DNA of 64,000 nt from the IMG/VR virus record IMGVR_UViG_3300028361_000024, positions 3,829 to 67,828 of that record; one strand, given 5' to 3'. Below are positions 19,569-27,917 of this stretch, piece after piece. Every line of letters begins with the position of its first letter. The stretch's first letter is position 1. A program made the position numbers and the translations under genes. The notes below the pieces were generated by a model. It made no database searches. It was not told the origin of the DNA and worked only from the letters and a program-made list of their open reading frames with translations. This DNA is from a virus.

Positions 19569-22500
19569 TAGGCCGCACCTCTTCTAAGCTCAAAAGCCAA
19601 TCTGCGGGAAACAAGCTCTGCCAGCTCACGTTCATTCATTCCAGCGGACGGATACACATTAATTGTGGTTCCGCCACCAGAAAGCATACTTATCATTGCC
19701 TTGTCACGTGTTGATAAGCCGTCCTTATCAAGAGGCTCTACTCGCTCTGCACGTCCACCTTCTCCAATAATCGCGGCTATTCCACCTGGCGTAGCAGGGA
19801 CTATGCCACCAGCAGCCAAACGAGGGATGTTTGGGGTCTCAATGGTAAATCCTTTGCCAGCAACACCAAGAGCTCTTGTTGCAAAGTTTGACGGGATTCG
19901 AATGTCTAGTTGGAAGTTATTCCACCTGTCAATTATGAAGTTAAGAGCACTCTTAAAACTATCTTTGAGCCAGTCCCAAAGTCCTGCTGCAGCGTTTTTT
20001 AGTCTGGTTGGCAGGTTCCTAAACCATGGGAGAAGGGTGTTGGTAAAATAGTTGGTCACTCCGATAAAGGCGTTTCTAAACAAGTTAGTAAAAAACGCCC
20101 ATATGTTGCCAGCAGCATTTGAAATTACACTGCCTAAGTTTCTAAACCAGTTAGGGACGGTGGTAGTGAAGAAGTTTAAAAATCCCTGCCAAGCATCCCT
20201 AAAGAAATTTAGGAACCAATCAAAAGCTGCCTTAGCAGCGTCACCTATGGTACTACCTAGATTGGTGAAGAACGGAATCACAGTTCCAGTCCACCACTCA
20301 ACCGTACGGCCCCAAGCCTCTTGGAAGATAGTAACAATAGATTCCCAAAGCTTGGAGAACGTCTCACCAATGTAGGTGAATATCCCCGCAAAAAACTCAA
20401 CGATTTTGTCCCAGTTTTTTATGATTAAGGGCACAGCTATTAAAAGAACACTGATAATAATTCCAATAGGACCAGCAAACTTAACTAAAAATCCAAAAAT
20501 TCTTCCCAAAAACCCGAATACCTTCAAAAGTGCTCCGCCAAACTTTCCAAACGAACCAACAAACTTTGCTATGGCGGCTCCTACAGGTATCAGGGGTTTA
20601 AAGGCAAAGCTAAGAACGCCAAAAACAACCTTTCCAAAAAATTTAACGGTTCTCAGGACAAGCCCAAAACCGAGGATAAATCCAAAAATTGGCGCTACCG
20701 CTTTTAGAATCGCCTTTACGGTGTCATTCTCCAGAATAGCGTTTACACTTATAAGGGCATTATTGACTGCCGTAAAGAATCCTACAAAAGTCCCATCTTC
20801 GGTGGTGTTTTTGATGAGAGTTGCAAATTGTTCTGCAAATACGCCCAGCTGTGCGAGAGCACCGTCTGGGCCGCTAATTTCCTCGCCAAGCTCGCCAAAA
20901 GCATCTACAGCCCCTTGGATACCGTCCAAAAACTGGCCAAGCCCCTCGCTAGCGCCGAGATTGAGGATATCTCCAGCAATATCGGCTAAAATGTCAAGAA
21001 TCTTGGTGAAGTTTGTCGTAGAGTCCGTGAAGAACTTGTTTAGGCTTCCGTCTTTCTCCCCTGCTTGAATGAAGTCAAGGAAATTCTTGGAGGCAGTCTC
21101 AAAGTAAGTAAGCAGCTGGTCTCCAGCGCCGCCTGGCTGATTGATAACATCAAAAATTTCCCCAAAGGCAGTCTTGTAATTGCCAAAGATGCCTGTGATT
21201 CTTTCAATTTTAGTTTGCAGTGTCTCAAACTCTGTAGCCAGTTCGCCGTTTTTTTCCTTAAAAATCTGAGTCTGTTTCCAGGCTTCGCTGGTGTTTAGCG
21301 CCCAGTCCCCAAAGGCCTTAACTAGAGGCTCTGCAGCATTTAGAAGGATTAAAAACCCTTCCAGCAAATTTATTGCCGTTTGGCCAAGTTTTCCGAGAAG
21401 CTCATTGTTAGTGGACCAAACAGCTTTTAATCTTTCAAAACTTTCGCCTTGGAAGAATGTCTCAGCAAAACTAACAGCCAAGTCCCCAAGGATGCTGCCT
21501 GTTTCTTGAAACAGGGGCTCTAGTTCTTTAAACTTCCCAATAATTATTGTTAGAGCTGTTTCAAGCTTCGGGAAGAGCTCTCGTCCAGCAGCGTCACGAA
21601 GGCTGTCAAAAGCTTCCTGCTGCGCAATAAGGAACTTGACAAAACTTTGCGCTTCGGGAGACAGCTTTTCTAAAGCTTTTCGGAACTCATCGACGCCCCC
21701 ACCAGCTGCTTTTCCAGCTGCTTTCTGAGCGAGCTCTACTTCTTCTCTAGCAGTGGCAATTCTTCGGTTTAGGTCTCGCTCTACACTACCGCCAGCCGCT
21801 GCGTCAGCTGCCGCCTTAGCCGCTTCTTCCGTGGCTCTGCTCGCGCTTCTAATTGCTTTGGCGGCAGCAATCCCAGCATCAACTTCGGACTGCTGCGCAT
21901 CAGTAATTGCCTCTTTAGCTGCGACAACCTCTTTTGACCCCTCGACGCCCGCTTTAGTGGATTCTTGCTCTGATTTTTTAAGGTCAGAGTTATTGTCAAT
22001 AGCTTTACGAAGATTTAGCTCGGCTTCTGCAAAAGCAATTTCGGCCTCTTGACGTGCTCGGGAATTCGGTGGAAGGTCTTGAACCCTTTGAAGGGAGTCA
22101 CGAGTCTTCTCAAACTGAAGACGAGCTTTCTTTTCTGATATAGCCCCGCCCTCAACCTCAAAACGGAGCTGTTGAATTTTTTCACGTGCGTTGTCGCGGG
22201 CATCGTTAAGGTCATCAAGCGCATCGAGGCTTCGTTTTTGGGCCTGGTTGTAGGTTCTAGTGGCTCTTTCGGTCCCGAGCAATGCGTCAGCAGCCGCTTC
22301 TTCGGCTCTGACAGCCCTCTCACGGGCCTCTGCAAGGGCTTCTGGCTTCTCTTCTTCTAAGAGTCTTTTAAGGGACAGTCGGGCGTCCCTGAGGCGTCTG
22401 GCGGCTGCAGCTTGGGCATCGCTAGTGTCTATGCCCGCTTCTTGCGCTTTTAGCCCAGCCGAAAGTGCGTCACTCACGCCCCTGAATGCTACTTTTGACA

Positions 22501-22888
22501 CAATTGCAGCTTGAGCCAGTGCGCCTAAAGCAGATGCAAAAACAATCGAGCCTCTGGCAGCATTGCCTAGAACCCCAACAAGAACTAGAAGACCGCTACC
22601 CAACGCGCCAACAGCACCCAAAACACCAGTTATTGCTGGAATCAAAAATTGCTGCGCGATTGCCAGCCTTCGAAATAGAAGACGGGCTCTTTCTGCCTCA
22701 GCCTCAAATTCGGGGGTTACAATTTTTAAACCGCCGCCCCTTCTAGAGCCGCGCTTAAATCCTTCGCTTACATTTTGACCAGCTTTTTCGCCGACGCTTC
22801 CAAGCCCGTTTAGGTCACTCTCAATCTGTTTTTTGAATCCAGAAGTGAGAGCGCGGACTACTACATATGCATCACCTACTACTGCCAT
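19568..22888 (-). CDS. Tape measure protein
   Basis: 1106 aa, helical with W/F-spaced repeats, VGDAYVVV N-terminus, PRLAAGGIV...IIGEGGRAE C-terminus; after tail assembly chaperones. Confidence 0.92.
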   Translation of the reverse strand: MAVVGDAYVVVRALTSGFKKQIESDLNGLGSVGEKAGQNVSEGFKRGSRRGGGLKIVTPEFEAEAERARLLFRRLAIAQQFLIPAITGVLGAVGALGSGLLVLVGVLGNAARGSIVFASALGALAQAAIVSKVAFRGVSDALSAGLKAQEAGIDTSDAQAAAARRLRDARLSLKRLLEEEKPEALAEARERAVRAEEAAADALLGTERATRTYNQAQKRSLDALDDLNDARDNAREKIQQLRFEVEGGAISEKKARLQFEKTRDSLQRVQDLPPNSRARQEAEIAFAEAELNLRKAIDNNSDLKKSEQESTKAGVEGSKEVVAAKEAITDAQQSEVDAGIAAAKAIRSASRATEEAAKAAADAAAGGSVERDLNRRIATAREEVELAQKAAGKAAGGGVDEFRKALEKLSPEAQSFVKFLIAQQEAFDSLRDAAGRELFPKLETALTIIIGKFKELEPLFQETGSILGDLAVSFAETFFQGESFERLKAVWSTNNELLGKLGQTAINLLEGFLILLNAAEPLVKAFGDWALNTSEAWKQTQIFKEKNGELATEFETLQTKIERITGIFGNYKTAFGEIFDVINQPGGAGDQLLTYFETASKNFLDFIQAGEKDGSLNKFFTDSTTNFTKILDILADIAGDILNLGASEGLGQFLDGIQGAVDAFGELGEEISGPDGALAQLGVFAEQFATLIKNTTEDGTFVGFFTAVNNALISVNAILENDTVKAILKAVAPIFGFILGFGLVLRTVKFFGKVVFGVLSFAFKPLIPVGAAIAKFVGSFGKFGGALLKVFGFLGRIFGFLVKFAGPIGIIISVLLIAVPLIIKNWDKIVEFFAGIFTYIGETFSKLWESIVTIFQEAWGRTVEWWTGTVIPFFTNLGSTIGDAAKAAFDWFLNFFRDAWQGFLNFFTTTVPNWFRNLGSVISNAAGNIWAFFTNLFRNAFIGVTNYFTNTLLPWFRNLPTRLKNAAAGLWDWLKDSFKSALNFIIDRWNNFQLDIRIPSNFATRALGVAGKGFTIETPNIPRLAAGGIVPATPGGIAAIIGEGGRAERVEPLDKDGLSTRDKAMISMLSGGGTTINVYPSAGMNERELAELVSRRLAFELRRGAA

Positions 22889-22907
22889 ACGCTCTCACCC
22901 CCTTCTT

Positions 22908-23372
22908 TTAAAGACTTTCAGGCTGGTCTAGGACCCGCCCAAATGGAAGCGGACTATCCGCATCAAAGTCTGTCGTCGGTGTATAGGGCCTAGTTGGCCG
23001 CTTTTGTTCCATCGGGTCTGGGATTACCTCATTGGTAGTCCCCACCAGCCCATCCGAAGGATAGGAGGTGTCATCATTATTATAACTTTGTCCTGTATTG
23101 TTGACTCCGTACTTATACGTAGTTCCATACAGGTCCTTATACAAAACGGAACGTATCTGTGTTTTAGCTTCAGCCTCTTCAGAGGAGCGGACCAGCACAT
23201 CTTCTTCAAAGAAGTAGTGAAGAACATCTAGCATGTCTGCCAGCTCCATTTCTTTTAGCTTTAGCCCTTGCACAAGGGCTTTTCCGTTTATATAAGGCCA
23301 GAGGTCAATAGCCCACTCTACAAGTCCTCTGGCCCCACCGTAGGGCGGCTTGAATACTCCTCTACTAGCCAT
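22908..23372 (-). CDS. Tail assembly chaperone, second part (probably reached by -1 frameshift)
   Basis: Overlaps upstream chaperone in the -1 frame, immediately before TMP. Confidence 0.7.
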   Translation of the reverse strand: MASRGVFKPPYGGARGLVEWAIDLWPYINGKALVQGLKLKEMELADMLDVLHYFFEEDVLVRSSEEAEAKTQIRSVLYKDLYGTTYKYGVNNTGQSYNNDDTSYPSDGLVGTTNEVIPDPMEQKRPTRPYTPTTDFDADSPLPFGRVLDQPESL

Positions 23373-23656
23373 GCGGTGATTTCACCGAGTGTCTCAACTG
23401 AGACGATGCGGACTGGGTCTTTTAGGAGCGTTTCGAAACGGGCATAACTCTCCTCAATTAGTACCGCTTTAAAAAACGAGTCAATAGTTTTAGCCACTGC
23501 AGCTCCATTGTCTTCGTTCGAGTTCGCCACCAAGTCGAGCAGCATTTTCCCCTGCAAAGCTGGGTAGCACTGAAAATCTTCTCCGTGGAGTTTGAACGAA
23601 ACGGGTGTATCTGCAACAGTTGTTCCCGAACCGAAGTCCTTGAATCTGTTCGTCAT
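23318..23656 (-). CDS. Tail assembly chaperone
   Basis: 112 aa ending ...WLVEEYSSRPT; position before TMP. Confidence 0.8.
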   Translation of the reverse strand: MTNRFKDFGSGTTVADTPVSFKLHGEDFQCYPALQGKMLLDLVANSNEDNGAAVAKTIDSFFKAVLIEESYARFETLLKDPVRIVSVETLGEITAWLVEEYSSRPTVGPEDL

Positions 23657-23714
23657 ATCTCTTCCTTATCTATGTCATTTACGCACAGCTAATGCAATGC
23701 GTCCTTACTACTGC

Positions 23715-24107
23715 CTATCTTATCAACTTCAGGTTGTCTGTTAGGTAGCGGTTTGGCTTTGTTCCAGGGTGCCTTACTAGAGGTGCAAAAACAATCACAC
23801 CTTTACTAAAAAACCTCAGTTGTTTATTAGGCGCTTTGGGGCGAATCAAGTGGGGTTTGGTGCCTTCGTGATGCATGTAAGCGTATTTAACAGAGGAACC
23901 GATTTTGAGGTACTGGCCCCTGGCATCACGCATGTGTCTCATGTGAATAGACGCACGAAGCTGCCCAGTTTTAAACCCAACTTGGCCTCTAGCAGCAGCC
24001 GTAACTTTACGGCCCTTTGCTTTCAGGTACCGCCCAACCTCGCCCATAGGAGAGTTCAGATATCGGTCAATTACTGGCTGTCGCCAAACTAGTTGTATTC
24101 TAGACAT
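23715..24107 (-). CDS. Neck / tail completion protein (HK97 gp10-like)
   Basis: KTGQLRASI...YAYMHHEGT...VRHPGTKPNRYL. Confidence 0.78.
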   Translation of the reverse strand: MSRIQLVWRQPVIDRYLNSPMGEVGRYLKAKGRKVTAAARGQVGFKTGQLRASIHMRHMRDARGQYLKIGSSVKYAYMHHEGTKPHLIRPKAPNKQLRFFSKGVIVFAPLVRHPGTKPNRYLTDNLKLIR

Positions 24108-24619
24108 TATGGGACCGCCATCGTAATAGTCATCCGAGTTGTCTGATAGCCACCCTCTGGGGGGTCAACGTCTACAGTAGCAATCACTCCCAGGCCCAGG
24201 CCACTTGGAAGACCGCTCCAGCTTGAATCAAAATCTCTAACACTCTCCATGAGAATCCAAGCATCTAAAGCGCAAACTTCAGTTGCATCTTGAATGTTTG
24301 TAGAGCTTGGGGGGTTGCCATTTGACTGTGCAACGGGAACTTCCCGAGCTACAGAAATTAAAAGAGTAGCGCTGCGGGGGTCGTTGCAACGGCGAGGTTC
24401 GTTTGCCTCGTCTCCAGGCGTGCCAATGTACATTTGGATAAGGGACACAACCATTTGTTCGCAATCAACCGCAGGGGAGCCAAAAGTGTAGTAACGCCTT
24501 TCTGGCAAGGGCATGCTGTAGGAGTCGTAAACAGTGACAACTCTGGATAGAACTTCTTCGAGAAAGGTTGCTAAAGCTTTAGCGTCGTCACTAACGCCGC
24601 TGATGTCCATTATCGCCAT
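24107..24619 (-). CDS. Putative tail terminator / virion protein
   Basis: Synteny between adaptor and neck genes. Confidence 0.55.
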   Translation of the reverse strand: MAIMDISGVSDDAKALATFLEEVLSRVVTVYDSYSMPLPERRYYTFGSPAVDCEQMVVSLIQMYIGTPGDEANEPRRCNDPRSATLLISVAREVPVAQSNGNPPSSTNIQDATEVCALDAWILMESVRDFDSSWSGLPSGLGLGVIATVDVDPPEGGYQTTRMTITMAVP

Positions 24620-24638
24620 GTCATTTCCTTTTTATGTA

Positions 24639-25778
24639 TTACGCAATTGCTATTGGTGTTACGCGTTCCCCTAGTTGGTAGATAACATTTCCTGTTATCA
24701 AGTTTATTACCTCGTTAACTTCGGGGTTTCCCAAACTTGGACGACTCGCATACAAATCAATCAAACCAGGGTCACGCGGGCCCAAAATACCCAGTAGGGA
24801 TGAATACCCCATAGCTACTCTAATGGTCCCCTCTATTCGGTCTAGTTGAACCTCTTTTGAGAAATCGGTAGATGTGGAGCTGTTGAAATTAGAAATGCCT
24901 GCGTAGACAGTCCAAGAGCTGTCATCAGTCAAAAAGTCTGCACCAAATTCGTCAATGTAGTAAATCTGTGTGCCGCCCCTAGAGTTAAAGTACAAATCGT
25001 AAGAGCTCAGCTCAAAGGCAGGTGACTTACCAATAATGCGACGAGCACGAGGCTGGTCTGGTGAGAACACACGAGAACGGGCACGGGCCTTGTCTGGGTT
25101 AACAGCACGCAAGAAAAGGTCAACTGCGTAAATACCAGTTTTGAGCTCGTCAATAAAATCTTGATTATCAAGTATGGTGTATGAGACTCCCTGACGGGCA
25201 ACGGAGGTTACACGTTGTGGGAGGGCGCAGGTATCGTCTCCTGCAAAAAGTTTTACTAATTCTGTGGCTAGAATTCTAGCTGCGGCTCGTCCCGAGGCGG
25301 GGGGAGGCGTGCCGTATGTGTAGGTGACCTCAACATTTGTAGCAGACCATTTGGCGTTTGGTGTTCCGTACACCACGGAGTGGTCCGCCAAGTAGTAAGT
25401 GTCTGGGTCAATAATTTCGCCGTCTTGGTCCCGAAGGTTGTGTATCTCAATAACCTTGCGTCCACGCAGTCTTACGCGGGTTAGGGCGTTGCTACCGTCT
25501 CCAAGAAAGTCACGGTTTGAGTAGCGACCAAATCCACCACCAGCAATGTTCTGAACCTGCCCATTTATCAGCTGAGGGCTGTAGGTCATGCGGGATGCTC
25601 CCGTACGAAGGTACGGGTCGTAAGCAGACACGTATCGCTCGGTAACAGTTGTAGTTCCAGAAAACTTACGGCCCGACAAACTCCAAAGAAGGTGGGACGC
25701 CGTTTTTACTGCTTCATAAGCATAATCAGAATCCGCGTATGCACCAAGTTCCTCGACATCTAGCCATAAGTTACTCAT
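24639..25778 (-). CDS. Head-to-tail adaptor with C-terminal extension
   Basis: ASHLLWSLSGRKF, VTYTYGTPPP, CALPQRVTSVARQGVS, VDLFLRAVNP typical of actinophage adaptors. Confidence 0.8.
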   Translation of the reverse strand: MSNLWLDVEELGAYADSDYAYEAVKTASHLLWSLSGRKFSGTTTVTERYVSAYDPYLRTGASRMTYSPQLINGQVQNIAGGGFGRYSNRDFLGDGSNALTRVRLRGRKVIEIHNLRDQDGEIIDPDTYYLADHSVVYGTPNAKWSATNVEVTYTYGTPPPASGRAAARILATELVKLFAGDDTCALPQRVTSVARQGVSYTILDNQDFIDELKTGIYAVDLFLRAVNPDKARARSRVFSPDQPRARRIIGKSPAFELSSYDLYFNSRGGTQIYYIDEFGADFLTDDSSWTVYAGISNFNSSTSTDFSKEVQLDRIEGTIRVAMGYSSLLGILGPRDPGLIDLYASRPSLGNPEVNEVINLITGNVIYQLGERVTPIAIA

Positions 25779-25800
25779 TGCGGCTCCTTAGATTAGTAAA

Positions 25801-25840
25801 GCGGGCAGCCGACGAGTATTCCCATCGAAAACTGCCCGCC
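25801..25840 (-). terminator. Intrinsic terminator after major tail gene
   Basis: GCGGGCAG...CTGCCCGC stem followed by TTTA on the minus strand. Confidence 0.6.
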
Positions 25841-25849
25841 TCAACTAAA

Positions 25850-26896
25850 TTACGCTGTTGGGTTCTCGGTTGACGCAATAATGAAGTCAATCGGGAGGTC
25901 GGGGTTGTAGTACTCGCCACCAGGTACGTTGTAGCTGGTGGTTGAGCCCTGGCTCTCGAAGTCCGAGACTGCAAGATACCCACGCTGACGAACAACTACT
26001 CCAGCAGGAGACACGGGGGTAGAGGCAACGTCTGCCCCTGTTTTGGAGTAGCGGAAGGTTGTCGTCGTAGGTGCAGCTGTGATGACGTGGGTACCGTTAA
26101 AGTCCCCATCAACCTCGCCAACAACCACAGTCTGACCAACAGCAAAGCCATGAGCTGTTGCGGTAGTCAAAGTAGCAACGTTAGAGGTCAAGCTCTTGTT
26201 GCTAATTGTGTTTGTAGCCTCTTTATGCCAAGTGTAGAAGCCCTGCAAGCCTTCAGGAGCCCAGTCGCCACGTGCGTAGCTGTATGGACGCTCTGTGGCA
26301 ATTGGGAACTCCCAGCGACCGTCAAGACCGCTACCGAATGCAATGTTCCCAAGACCGTAGCCTTCGAAGGTGTTAGCAAGTAGGCCGTTCTCAATTACGC
26401 GGTCACCAGACTGGCGAAGCTTCGCATATGGGAAGACCCAGTAGAAGTAAGGAAGAGTAGAGGCACGCCTTCCGTCTTTAATAGCGAAAGACCAAACTTC
26501 GATAGTGACACCGTTACCAGCAGGGTCGTCTCCAACTGCAGGTGCTGACCAACCAATGCTCTGGTTGGTAGGCGAACCGAATGTGCCGAAGTTTTTGCGA
26601 AGAAGAAGACCACCAGACATGAGAGAAGTAAGCTCTGGGTCTGGCTCGCAGATAGCGATTTCCAGGGTGATTCTCTTCAATGTGTCAGGGGCCTTGTAGG
26701 AGACACAAATTGTGCCGTCTGCAGACTTCTCTGTGATTTCGTCGCCCTCTTCGTACTCGGGGGTGAACGATGCACGTAAGAATGCTGTGGTGGTGTAGCT
26801 GTCTCCTGGTTGATTCAGAAGGTTGCCAGCGGCGTCCAGTCGAGTGACTCGAATCGCCACACCTTGGACGCTGGCTGCGTAATCCTGTGTAGCCAT
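25850..26896 (-). CDS. Major tail protein with C-terminal accessory beta domain
   Basis: IRVTRLDAAG, PEYEEGDEITEKSADG..C, YWVFP; synteny. Confidence 0.85.
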   Translation of the reverse strand: MATQDYAASVQGVAIRVTRLDAAGNLLNQPGDSYTTTAFLRASFTPEYEEGDEITEKSADGTICVSYKAPDTLKRITLEIAICEPDPELTSLMSGGLLLRKNFGTFGSPTNQSIGWSAPAVGDDPAGNGVTIEVWSFAIKDGRRASTLPYFYWVFPYAKLRQSGDRVIENGLLANTFEGYGLGNIAFGSGLDGRWEFPIATERPYSYARGDWAPEGLQGFYTWHKEATNTISNKSLTSNVATLTTATAHGFAVGQTVVVGEVDGDFNGTHVITAAPTTTTFRYSKTGADVASTPVSPAGVVVRQRGYLAVSDFESQGSTTSYNVPGGEYYNPDLPIDFIIASTENPTA

Positions 26897-26936
26897 TAGT
26901 GCTTCTCCTTATAAGTTGGGGTTATTGACTTAATCA

Positions 26937-27851
26937 TTAGGTAGTGGGAACTGTCACTCGTACTGCGAAATGCATCGATGGGTCAGAGTAGACCGCCGCG
27001 GGGCGATATGCTTTGATTCTCATGTTATTTATTGTAGCATCTACGCCTTGACCCAAGTCTTCGTTGACAACCTCAAGCTTGCCGAGGTGGACTTCAACCG
27101 AACCAGTCGCGTACATCCATTTATTGGTTACAGAAGCTTCAGCTCCTGTTGCACCAATTGGACCTCCGCCATCATAGCCAGAGCCGATAACTACATCTGT
27201 TCCAAGACGTGTCATTAGACTTCCTGGAGACTCGTCATCGCCTTTTTTATAGACAAGACGAGAGCCTAAGTTCGAGGCGATGTCGCGTGTCATGTGAATA
27301 ACACCGTTCTCGCCTGTTGGTGAGTTAGAAATTGCCTGCTCAAGGTACATAAGAGCAATTTGAGGAGCAAATGCTCCCACCACTGGAACCGTAGAGGCTC
27401 CAGCCTTCCTTAGATAAAAATTGTCAGCGCCTACTTCGGGCACATCTGGGCCAGTGCTCACTAACGCACGAGCAGCGTGGCCACCCCAGTACTCATATTC
27501 CAAAGCTTTTTGAGTAACTGCGTCAAGTTCGTTCTTTACGCGGTCGAACCTGTCTTGGCCTAAAATGCCAAAGGTCGAAGCAAAGTCTTCTACATCAATA
27601 AAAAACGGAACGTAGTCAAGATAGCGGGCCTCAGATTGATTATCTGTGAGCTCGCCATTTGGTACTACAGCGTCGTTTACGGTTAAAAGTCGGACATAGG
27701 ACGGCATAGTGTTAAATTCTTGGCTAAAGCCACGAATCCAACGTTCGTCATACTCTCGTCCAGTGTGAAGCGTGGTATTAGCAACGCTCAGGAGCCCACA
27801 GGGAGCGGTAATTAACTCTGTAGGGGGGAAAACCCCTCTAAATATAGCCAT
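26937..27851 (-). CDS. Second capsid protein (pentamer-type / minor capsid)
   Basis: GLLSVA N-terminus, VIGSGY, WMYATG, INN; lies between MCP and MTP as in cluster B-like actinophages. Confidence 0.65.
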   Translation of the reverse strand: MAIFRGVFPPTELITAPCGLLSVANTTLHTGREYDERWIRGFSQEFNTMPSYVRLLTVNDAVVPNGELTDNQSEARYLDYVPFFIDVEDFASTFGILGQDRFDRVKNELDAVTQKALEYEYWGGHAARALVSTGPDVPEVGADNFYLRKAGASTVPVVGAFAPQIALMYLEQAISNSPTGENGVIHMTRDIASNLGSRLVYKKGDDESPGSLMTRLGTDVVIGSGYDGGGPIGATGAEASVTNKWMYATGSVEVHLGKLEVVNEDLGQGVDATINNMRIKAYRPAAVYSDPSMHFAVRVTVPTT

Positions 27852-27917
27852 TTTCCTTATTCTCCTCTGCGGGTCCTGAGCGTTACTTTTACTTAGTACT
27901 TAGTGCTTGGGTTGGGC

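Noticed and set aside
19665-22778. Long plus-strand ORFs antisense to the tape measure and other structural genes
   Set aside because: Shadow ORFs without RBS or recognisable motifs, opposite clear minus-strand genes
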